DNA from: Candidatus Woesebacteria bacterium
GTDB lineage: Bacteria > Patescibacteriota > Saccharimonadia > Saccharimonadales > EFPC-124
DNA length: 64,000 nt
Reading direction: 5' to 3'
Assembly (NCBI GenBank): GCA_050115675.1
Contig: JASFQB010000002.1
Span: 68,376-132,375 of the forward strand
The number at the start of each line of letters is the position of its first letter. Within the stretch, counting starts at the first letter, position 1. The notes beneath the pieces were generated by a model that saw only the letters and a list, made by a program, of their open reading frames with translations, searched no databases and was not told the origin of the DNA. A program made the translations under genes and the position numbers. Shown in pieces: positions 56,429 through 64,000 of the stretch.

Positions 56429-58918
56429 ATGGGGCAATTAGTACAGCAAGATATTGACGACGCGAAGCACAAATATCAAGGATTGAGTAATCGTGAGGTG
56501 CTTGCGGCTAGACGAAGATATGGCGAAAACAAAATGCCAGCCGAAAAACCGACTCCCGCCTGGAAGATATTTTCAAGTCAGCTTGCGAGTCCGCTAATTT
56601 ATGTAATACTTATTGCTGCTCTAGTGTCGCTTATCATGGGCGAGCTAGGCGATTTTGTATTAATTATGGTGGTGGTTCTTGCAGATGTTACGATGGGTTT
56701 TATTCAAGAATATCGTGCACAAAGAACCTACACTGCACTTAAAAGCCTACTTAAGCCAATTGCGTCTGTTGTGAGAGGTGGGGTTCGCAAAGATGTAGAA
56801 GTTTGGGAGCTTGTTCCTGGTGACATTATTGTTTTGCGAGCTGGCGAAAAAACACCCGCAGACGGACAATTGCTACAGTCTACAAAAGTAACCGTAGACG
56901 AAGCAATACTTACAGGCGAGAGTGAACCTATATCAAAAGACGCCGAAGATGGTGAGCGCTCTAGGCTGTATGCAGGTACAACAATTATAACAGGGCGTGG
57001 ACTTATGAAAGTTGTTGCCACAGGCACGTTAACAAAACTGGGTGAGATTGCAGAAAGCCTAAGCATGCAAGAAGATGAAGAAACACCTTTGCAAGTTAGG
57101 CTTAAGGGGTTTAGTCATACACTGACTCGCATTATACTTGGACTAACACTTGCAATCTTTATAATTGGCTTGCTTGCAGGGCTCAATATTTTAGAAATGC
57201 TAAAAACGTCAATAGTTTTGGCTACAGCTGCAATTCCTGAAGGAATTTTAATTGCGGTGACGGTTATTTTGGTGCTGGGGATGCGCAGGATTTTGAAACG
57301 CAAAGGTCTTGTTAAGCGACTTTTAGCGGTAGAGACTTTAGGATCGGTAAGTGTAATATGTACAGATAAAACTGGCACAATAACAGAGGGTCGCATGCAA
57401 GTTGTGAGGTCGAATTTTACTGAGCCTGTACGTGCATGGCAAACCATGGTCTTATGTAATAATCTTGATGGTCCAGTAGACGTCGCTCTTTGGGAGTTCG
57501 CCGAAAAATCAAATATCAAAAGATGCTGTAGTCCGCAAGAGCTGTCAGAGTCAACTAAAAGGCTCGACGAAGAGATTTTTACTAGCGAAACAAAATATAT
57601 GGTTGTTGCAGCTAAAGGTGGACAACTAGGTAGCGATCGATACTGCTTTTTAAAAGGTGCTCCTGAGATTGTTCTAGAAATGTGCAATGTCACCAAAAAA
57701 CAAAAGGCACAAATTTTGCAGCAGATTGACCGCTGGGCAGACGAAGGCTTACGTTTACTAGGTCTAGCTTATAGGCGCGATGGCGCAATGAATAGTCACA
57801 AAGGCTACGCATGGGTTGGGCTGTTGGGCATGGAAGATCCAATCAGAAGTGGCGTATTAGAGTCGTTAAAAACTGCGCAAGCGGCAGGTATAGATGTAAA
57901 AATGATTACGGGCGATTATCGGCGTACTGCCGAGCATATCGCCCGAAAAATTGGGTTAATGCATGCTGGCCAGCGCAGCTTAGAGGGTGACGAAATCGCG
58001 CATTTGACAGACGACCAGTTGCGCGAGCGCGTTATGGAGGCTGCTGTTTTTTCGCGCATTCATCCGCAAGATAAGCTGCGTGTAGTTAAGGCGCTACAAG
58101 AGAACAAAAAAATAGTTGCAATGGTTGGTGACGGAGTTAATGACACCCCAGCCCTTAAAAAGGCTAGCATCGGAGTCGTCGTGGGTAGCGCGACAGACTT
58201 GGCTAAAGAAACATCAGATTTAATATTGCTTGATGGTAACTTTGCAACAATCGTTGCAGCAATCGAAGAGGGAAGGGTGATTTTTAGCAATACACGCAAA
58301 GTAATAGCCTATGCGCTATCAAACTCGTTTGCGGCTGTGCTAATTGTATTCTTCGCAATAATTTTAGGATGGCCAGCGCCGTTGGCTGTGGCTCAGATAC
58401 TATGGATAAATCTAATATGTGATGGTCCATCAGACATTGTTTTAGGGTTTGAACCAAAAGAACAAGGTATCATGCGCGAGAAGCCTCGTTCGCTCAATGC
58501 GCCAATTTTAACGCGTTTGTCGTTAAGTTTAGTGGCAATAATTAGTAGTATAAGTGCTGTATTGGGGTTGGTGGTGTTTGGATACTACAATTATTTAGGT
58601 GATCCCGTTAGGGGGCAAAGCATGGTTTTTGCTAGCTTTGCAATAAATTCTATGATCTACATATTTTCTTATCGCAATATGAAGCAATCAATAATTAAGA
58701 GCGGATCGCCATTTGCAAACAAATATCTAATTTATGCTGTTGTTGCAGGAATTTTTACAGAGTTTATGGCATTTTGGGTGCCAAGCTTGCGCGCAGCTCT
58801 TGGATTGGTCGAATTAAGCTGGCAAGAATGGGGTGTTGTTTTCAGCATTGCTTTGTTGCTTGTGATTATAGTAGAAGTTGGCAAGTCTGTTACTAAAAAA
58901 ATGCATCTTGAGGATTAG
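56429..58918 (+). CDS. Cation-transporting P-type ATPase (type II, Ca2+/Mg2+-like)
   Basis: ICTDKTGTIT phosphorylation motif, TGES, MITGD, MVGDGVNDTPAL; about 10 TM. Start at ATG 56429 (the track start is a TTG). Confidence 0.92.
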   Translation: MGQLVQQDIDDAKHKYQGLSNREVLAARRRYGENKMPAEKPTPAWKIFSSQLASPLIYVILIAALVSLIMGELGDFVLIMVVVLADVTMGFIQEYRAQRTYTALKSLLKPIASVVRGGVRKDVEVWELVPGDIIVLRAGEKTPADGQLLQSTKVTVDEAILTGESEPISKDAEDGERSRLYAGTTIITGRGLMKVVATGTLTKLGEIAESLSMQEDEETPLQVRLKGFSHTLTRIILGLTLAIFIIGLLAGLNILEMLKTSIVLATAAIPEGILIAVTVILVLGMRRILKRKGLVKRLLAVETLGSVSVICTDKTGTITEGRMQVVRSNFTEPVRAWQTMVLCNNLDGPVDVALWEFAEKSNIKRCCSPQELSESTKRLDEEIFTSETKYMVVAAKGGQLGSDRYCFLKGAPEIVLEMCNVTKKQKAQILQQIDRWADEGLRLLGLAYRRDGAMNSHKGYAWVGLLGMEDPIRSGVLESLKTAQAAGIDVKMITGDYRRTAEHIARKIGLMHAGQRSLEGDEIAHLTDDQLRERVMEAAVFSRIHPQDKLRVVKALQENKKIVAMVGDGVNDTPALKKASIGVVVGSATDLAKETSDLILLDGNFATIVAAIEEGRVIFSNTRKVIAYALSNSFAAVLIVFFAIILGWPAPLAVAQILWINLICDGPSDIVLGFEPKEQGIMREKPRSLNAPILTRLSLSLVAIISSISAVLGLVVFGYYNYLGDPVRGQSMVFASFAINSMIYIFSYRNMKQSIIKSGSPFANKYLIYAVVAGIFTEFMAFWVPSLRAALGLVELSWQEWGVVFSIALLLVIIVEVGKSVTKKMHLED

Positions 58919-59004
58919 TCAAGATTGTCAAAGTAGTGCTGATGTGTTAATATAACTGGCGAGCATCAAGCAATTAGGCTTGTGTTGTATTTTGGAGGTT
59001 TGCT

Positions 59005-59922
59005 GTGTGTAACGTTGGTAGTCGTACGCGGTTTTGTTTTACCGCTACTTTGAGCCTATTGCTGCTTGTGCCGACAGCGGCATGTGGCAGTGATGACAAG
59101 AAGGGTAGCGACGATCCAAAACCAGACCCAACTGTGTCTGTGGGCGTTGATAACGACTCCGGTAAGCTTGCTTTGCCAGATGGCATGTCTGCGGGTGTGG
59201 TTGTTTATGACCGTGAAAAGAATAAGGTTGTCGTTAAAAGTGGTGAAGACGTAAAGTTTAGAACTACATCTATTACTAAGCTTTTGCTTGCAATTGATTA
59301 CCTTAAGACTACTGCGCCAAGCAAGCTTGACGATGCCACCAGGAGTCAACTTAATGCCATGCTAAGTAGTAACGAGGACAATCTTACTACTAAGCTTTAT
59401 AGGCAGGGCGGCAAAGATCAGTATGTACAGCGCCTAGCTAATGAGCTAAAGCTAAACCACACTTCTCAGCCAGCTGAGAATTCCTCTGGCTGGGGATCTT
59501 GGTTGACGACTGCTAGTGACGTTGTCGCGATTTACCAGTACATTCTGGGCGATTATGCCAAGAGTAATGCCGAAGCTTCTAAGTTCATCCTTGAGGCGCT
59601 TAGCAAGTCCTCCAAGTGTGCTTCTGACGGCTTTAATCAGGCATTCGGTATCCCCACGCTGAAGGATGACAATAAGAAGTCTCTTCAGGGTTGGTATCAG
59701 TTTCCCAGTACCCCCGCTACAGGCGGATGCGATGGCAATTCTGCTGTTGAGTACGAAGTAAACGAGGATCTTGACAGGGAATATCTGCATAGTACCGGTC
59801 TGGTTGGTAAGGACGATCGCAGCATTGTGGTTGTTCTTACTGCTCATGCAAAGGGTACAAATTATGCAACTGCTAGTGCTCGCGTAAATAATCTTACCTC
59901 GGGCCTTAAGCTCACGGCGTAG
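59005..59922 (+). CDS. Lipoprotein with a serine beta-lactamase/transpeptidase-like fold (tentative)
   Basis: Lipobox LLVPTAAC; SxxK candidate TSITK; SSNEDN and HSTG at the expected spacing. Weak. Confidence 0.5.
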   Translation: MCNVGSRTRFCFTATLSLLLLVPTAACGSDDKKGSDDPKPDPTVSVGVDNDSGKLALPDGMSAGVVVYDREKNKVVVKSGEDVKFRTTSITKLLLAIDYLKTTAPSKLDDATRSQLNAMLSSNEDNLTTKLYRQGGKDQYVQRLANELKLNHTSQPAENSSGWGSWLTTASDVVAIYQYILGDYAKSNAEASKFILEALSKSSKCASDGFNQAFGIPTLKDDNKKSLQGWYQFPSTPATGGCDGNSAVEYEVNEDLDREYLHSTGLVGKDDRSIVVVLTAHAKGTNYATASARVNNLTSGLKLTA

Positions 59923-60004
59923 ATCAATTTGTGGGGCGGCGGAATGATATTCTGTCGCCCTTTAAGCTATAGCTAGTTAATAAAAACAATAGTATAGTTA
60001 AACT

Positions 60005-61177
60005 ATGGCTATAGAGAAGAACATTATACATTCTGTATTGAAAAAAACATCTTATGGCGGTTTAACGGTAACCTATCCTGATGGCGATACGTATACTTAT
60101 GGGCAGGCCACGCCATATGCTCATGTAATTATCAAAGATGCCAAAGCGCTTAAAAAAATTATCAAAAATGTATCAATTGGTTTTGGCGAGTCATACGCAG
60201 ATGGTTTTATCGAGATAAAAGGCGACTTAGCTGGCCCGGGTCGCTTTGCTAGTGACAACGCAGGTATGTTTGACAATTTGCCTAAGAGTGTCAAATCTAT
60301 GGGGCTGCACAAAAATATAAAACAAAAACAGCAGAGTTATATTGCCCATCATTACGATTTAGGTAACGATTTTTACAAAATGTGGCTAGATAAAAGCATG
60401 TTGTACAGTTGCGCATATTTTAAAGAAAAAACAGACACGCTTGAGGCCGCTCAGCAACAAAAAGTTAGCCACATTCTTAAAAAACTGCAATTAAGAGAAG
60501 GTCAAAGCTTGTTGGATATTGGTTCGGGCTGGGGCAATTTAATGATAGCTGCTGCAAAACAATATGGCGTGACGGGCCTAGGTGCAACTTTAAGCGAGGA
60601 GCAACTGAAGCATTCTGTTAAAGCTGCCAAAAAGGCTGGGGTAGCGGATAAGATTAGCTTTGAACTTATAAATTATCAGGAACTTCCAAAGCAAGGCATT
60701 ACTTTTGACCGCATTGTAAGTGTGGGGATGTTTGAGCACGTTGGCCGCAATAACCACAAACAATATTATAAAGCCGTGTACGACATACTAAAACCAGATG
60801 GGTTATCTGTGTTGCATACTATAACTCAGCAAACCGAAAGAGCTACCAACGCCTGGATAGACAAATATATTTTTCCTGGTGGGTATATTCCATCTGGCCG
60901 CGAAATAGTTTGGGCTTTGCCAGAATTTGGTTTTAGGCTGACCGATTACGAAAACCTGCGAATTCACTACGCCATGACGCTAGACGAATGGCGGCACAGA
61001 TATCACACCCACAAAAAAGAGGTTATAAAAATGTTTGACGAAAAATTCTATCGCATGTGGGACTTTTGGTTGGCTTGCTCGGCCTGTGCTTTTAGATACG
61101 GCAATTTAGATTTGGGTCAATATGTTTTTACAAAAGGTGTGCAAAACGATTTGCCGCTTACCCGTGCGAGTTTATAG
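60005..61177 (+). CDS. cfa: Cyclopropane-fatty-acyl-phospholipid synthase family SAM methyltransferase
   Basis: HYDLGNDFY, SAM motif LLDIGSGWGNL, SVGMFEHVG, IFPGGYIPS. Confidence 0.9.
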   Translation: MAIEKNIIHSVLKKTSYGGLTVTYPDGDTYTYGQATPYAHVIIKDAKALKKIIKNVSIGFGESYADGFIEIKGDLAGPGRFASDNAGMFDNLPKSVKSMGLHKNIKQKQQSYIAHHYDLGNDFYKMWLDKSMLYSCAYFKEKTDTLEAAQQQKVSHILKKLQLREGQSLLDIGSGWGNLMIAAAKQYGVTGLGATLSEEQLKHSVKAAKKAGVADKISFELINYQELPKQGITFDRIVSVGMFEHVGRNNHKQYYKAVYDILKPDGLSVLHTITQQTERATNAWIDKYIFPGGYIPSGREIVWALPEFGFRLTDYENLRIHYAMTLDEWRHRYHTHKKEVIKMFDEKFYRMWDFWLACSACAFRYGNLDLGQYVFTKGVQNDLPLTRASL

Positions 61178-61233
61178 CGTAATGATAAAAACGTGATATA
61201 ATTGCGTTGTCCTATCTGTTTTTGCGGGAGGTT

Positions 61234-61563
61234 ATGATGACGAACAGTAGCGTTCAGGCTTTGCTTGCTAGTAGTGTCGGTAAGCGAGTTACTCTTGAAA
61301 GCAGAGGTGCTGTTCTTAGCGGAGTGATTTACGGACTTGGAGTTGGCCCGGTTAGTGGGCGAGCGTGTCTTCAGGTGCGTAATGTAAGCACGACTTTTAA
61401 AGATGATCGTGAGCCATATGATGCTCCTGTTGACCACGTTGATCTTTGGGGTTTGCCCCCAGAGGACGCCACTCGGGATACTCGCGATGGTAACACGGTT
61501 TTGAGTTGGCAAGACAGATTTTGTGATGAGGTTCTTCCTTATGCTCTTACAATTTTTGAGTAA
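61234..61563 (+). CDS. Hypothetical protein (G+C-rich orphan)
   Basis: GGGAGG then ATG 61234; no motif. Confidence 0.4.
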   Translation: MMTNSSVQALLASSVGKRVTLESRGAVLSGVIYGLGVGPVSGRACLQVRNVSTTFKDDREPYDAPVDHVDLWGLPPEDATRDTRDGNTVLSWQDRFCDEVLPYALTIFE

Positions 61564-61711
61564 GTAATGGACTTGCCCAGTATTAAGATAAAACTTGATG
61601 CTGGGCGATTATATTAAGTTGTAGTGTAATTATAATAATTGCGATAATGTAAAACTTGATGGGCTTTAGTCCGTTGCTTTTTTGTAGCCCTTTTGACCGA
61701 AAGCGGTGATC

Positions 61712-62311
61712 ATGGTGGACCTCAACGAGACTTTGCTAGCTGCCATTAAAAAGGCTGCGGGCGATCCACAGAAGGCCATTAGGAACGCTAACAGATATTC
61801 ATCGCTAGACAGATACCACCAGGTGCAGGTAATGAAGGTGTCTGGCGTGGCCGGCCTGTCTGGGATTGGCGGCATCGTTACGGGCTCGGCACTTACGGTG
61901 GGCGCGATGGCGAACCTGCTGCGTTGTGCGGCTAACATCTCTTTTGCCTACGGAGCCAGTATCGGCGCCGAAGTAGACTCCGAAGATTTTTACGCCATTT
62001 TGGCAATCTGGACAGGTACTGACATTAATGATGTCATTTGTCAGGCTACGGCAGTTGCAAAAATTGCCAAGGCGCCATTTTTGATTCAGCAGACCGCAGA
62101 ACGTACCGCAATCAAGATCACTGGTGCGCTTGCCGAAAGACTTGCTGTTAAGGCGGCAGAGTCAATCGGAGCGCGAATCCTGGCTATGGTGGCTGCTGGT
62201 GTTGTGCCTGTTGTTGGCGCAGTTGCTGCAACCGTGCTTATTGTAAGGGATATTAATAATATTTATGCAGCGGCGCAGAGGTTCTATAAGCGTAAGTTGC
62301 AGGGTTCGTAA
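61712..62311 (+). CDS. Hypothetical protein (G+C-rich orphan)
   Basis: About 200-aa ORF with Gly/Ala-rich hydrophobic segments. The antisense ORF is judged spurious. Confidence 0.45.
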   Translation: MVDLNETLLAAIKKAAGDPQKAIRNANRYSSLDRYHQVQVMKVSGVAGLSGIGGIVTGSALTVGAMANLLRCAANISFAYGASIGAEVDSEDFYAILAIWTGTDINDVICQATAVAKIAKAPFLIQQTAERTAIKITGALAERLAVKAAESIGARILAMVAAGVVPVVGAVAATVLIVRDINNIYAAAQRFYKRKLQGS

Positions 62312-62327
62312 TCTCAAAAAAGAACAA

Positions 62328-62359
62328 CCCCTGTGCATTATTGGTGCACAGGGGCTTTT
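62328..62359. terminator. Bidirectional terminator between convergent genes
   Basis: CCCCTGTGCA/TGCACAGGGG perfect 10-bp stem, A-run before and T-run after. Confidence 0.7.
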
Positions 62360-62361
62360 GC

Positions 62362-63273
62362 TTACGCGGAGTGGCGCTTCATGAGGTTGAAGTCGCCGCT
62401 TTTTTTGTATGCTTCAGCGAGATCGGTCTTTCCGTCCAACGGGAACAGATAGTCCTCGCTGTACTCTCCAGCTGGGTCGAGCTTGTTTGAGATGCCCAGG
62501 TAGTCGGTCAACACGTACGGTCCGCCAGCCGTAACATCCTTGACAAAGTAGGTGGCATTGCCGGCGTTGACTACCTCGACTGCCATTGACGAGAGCAATT
62601 CTGGTGCCTCGCCGCTGGGGGCGTAGTAGTTATTGATGGCGAAGAACCCACTTACATCAATGAGCTTGCCCGGCTCTACCGTAGAGGTAGACTTTACGCC
62701 TACAAGGATAGCGTCCCGTCCAGAGTAAAGGCTTCTCTGAAACTCGCAACTGGTGTTTGTGGCGCTGTAGTAGCTCCATCCGTAAAGAGTCCGACCATTG
62801 GCCTTATTCTTGTTCACACTCAGAGACATTGTGATGCTCAGCGCCTGTGCTGTGCTGGCAGTATTCTTGATACTCAGCTTAAACGGCACAAGCAAGTCGG
62901 TTGTGTTGGGTGTGCTTACGGGCGTTGCTCTTGGTGTCTCTGCAACTGTTGCAGTGCACCTTGCCTCAGCGAAACCAGGATAGTCCTTTGCAACAACGGG
63001 GACTCCCGTAACGATGTGTCCCTCGGCGGTGTAGCCAAGGTGGCTGGCATCGATCATGCTAAGCGTGTAGTCAACCATTGGCTCGAACTCCCCAGTTGCC
63101 ACAGTGGGACTGGGGGACGGGCTGTGGCTGGGAGCTTGTGCGGCGGGTTGATTTCGCCCGTTGGCACTGTCTGAGTAGCCATCGCTGCTGTCGTCGCTAC
63201 TGTTACTTCCGCAGCCAGCAGCAAAAGATACCACTAGCAAACACAGTGTAGCGACCAGAGCTTTCTTCATCAC
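62362..63273 (-). CDS. Hypothetical lipoprotein (G+C-rich)
   Basis: Lipobox VVSFAAGC, Ser/Asp and SPSPSP linker, then a beta-rich domain. Confidence 0.6.
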   Translation of the reverse strand: MMKKALVATLCLLVVSFAAGCGSNSSDDSSDGYSDSANGRNQPAAQAPSHSPSPSPTVATGEFEPMVDYTLSMIDASHLGYTAEGHIVTGVPVVAKDYPGFAEARCTATVAETPRATPVSTPNTTDLLVPFKLSIKNTASTAQALSITMSLSVNKNKANGRTLYGWSYYSATNTSCEFQRSLYSGRDAILVGVKSTSTVEPGKLIDVSGFFAINNYYAPSGEAPELLSSMAVEVVNAGNATYFVKDVTAGGPYVLTDYLGISNKLDPAGEYSEDYLFPLDGKTDLAEAYKKSGDFNLMKRHSA

Positions 63274-63356
63274 TCTTCCAATCCATAAGGGGTGCGATCA
63301 AATGATCACACAAATTATAGCATCTTTGTATAAAAATTTCAAGACAACAGAGGCTG

Positions 63357-64000
63357 CTAATCTTTTGGCATTTTTTTAGGCTGATCTGGTAGTGTCGCGC
63401 TTTCCCCGGTGTTTTTTGTTGAAATTTTTAGTTTGGTTGCTTTCTTGCGTTTAATAAACCAAGCTGTCGTACCAGTAATTACAATAAATACAACGGCGCC
63501 GCCAATTAAGTATAGCTGGTAATCTGCAAGCTTGGGCGACTCTGTAGTTGCGTCCTGTGTTTGTTGGTTTTGCGCTGTTTCTACAATTGTTGCGTTGGCA
63601 AATTTAATGCGACCAACCGCAAAGGCATCATTGCCGCCGCCAACGCCTGGATATGCATTAGTAAAGCTAAGTTTTATGCTGGTGGTTGGTGTGTTATTTA
63701 GTTTAATCGATTGATATTCTGCTGGCTGATTTTGAAGATCTATCTCTTGGGTTGATCCATCGCTGTAGGTTATGATCATTGTTTTTGGGTGGCGATACGT
63801 GTCGTAATAGTCTGCTTCGGAACCATCAGCTTCGTCATAGGATTTGCTTAAAAAGCCAGTACGAATCTGCAGTTCCTCGACTGTGTATGTTGCATCAAAG
63901 TTAAATTGCACCCATTCGTCAAATGCCTCTGATTTTTGATTAACTAGCCAGCCATCGTCGTCGTTGGCATAGTCTAATAGGTTGACAGCACTAGATGATA
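63357..64000 (-). CDS. C-terminally anchored surface protein with a discoidin/F5-8C-like domain (partial; ORF continues past the right edge)
   Basis: The frame stays open upstream of the track start to nt 64000 (...DDDGWLVNQKSEAFDEWVQFNFDATYTVEELQIRTGF...). TM helix LYLIGGAVVFIVITGTTAWFI near the C-terminus. Domain call weak. Confidence 0.5.
   Translation of the reverse strand, partial: SSSAVNLLDYANDDDGWLVNQKSEAFDEWVQFNFDATYTVEELQIRTGFLSKSYDEADGSEADYYDTYRHPKTMIITYSDGSTQEIDLQNQPAEYQSIKLNNTPTTSIKLSFTNAYPGVGGGNDAFAVGRIKFANATIVETAQNQQTQDATTESPKLADYQLYLIGGAVVFIVITGTTAWFIKRKKATKLKISTKNTGESATLPDQPKKMPKD

Overview
This 64-kb fragment comes from a small-genome bacterium that uses the standard genetic code (TGA is a stop; many ATGA overlaps). 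Gene content suggests a Patescibacteria/CPR, Saccharibacteria-like epibiont. That assignment rests on my recollection of protein families and could not be checked here. All calls come from reading the sequence and the ORF track; no BLAST, HMM or folding tool was run.

Core content is low in G+C and mostly on the + strand. It includes lemA-htpX, ligA, rdgB, murF, leuS, rpmF-nusB-NUDIX-rnc, rpsP-KH protein, trmD, sodN-sodX, an MscS channel, a P-type ATPase, cfa, an Nramp transporter, an S58 peptidase and four tRNAs (Leu-TAA, Cys-GCA, Ala-GGC, Gln-CTG).

Two kinds of accessory DNA interrupt this core. (1) A composite island of about 12.5 kb (about 4.8-17.3 kb) carries two large serine recombinases, three XRE regulators (two in a tandem duplication with palindromic operators), a RadC/JAB protein and a caspase-like orphan. 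It also has an 800-nt structured noncoding region and a lower-G+C cluster combining an ABC/AAA-type ATPase with proteins bearing HEPN-type Rx4-6H motifs. That cluster is the best candidate for an undescribed conflict (defence) system. The island lies between two diverged YdcF/DUF218 paralogs. (2) Many short G+C-rich orphan genes, each with its own terminator, are wedged between core operons. One is a CHAP-like lipoprotein lacking both catalytic residues, inside a degraded islet next to tRNA-Gln that is bounded by two copies of a 41-nt palindrome.

Other notable items are a manC-like pseudogene broken only at three poly-A tracts, and an rpsP-KH / trmD operon split by an insertion, with no rimM visible.
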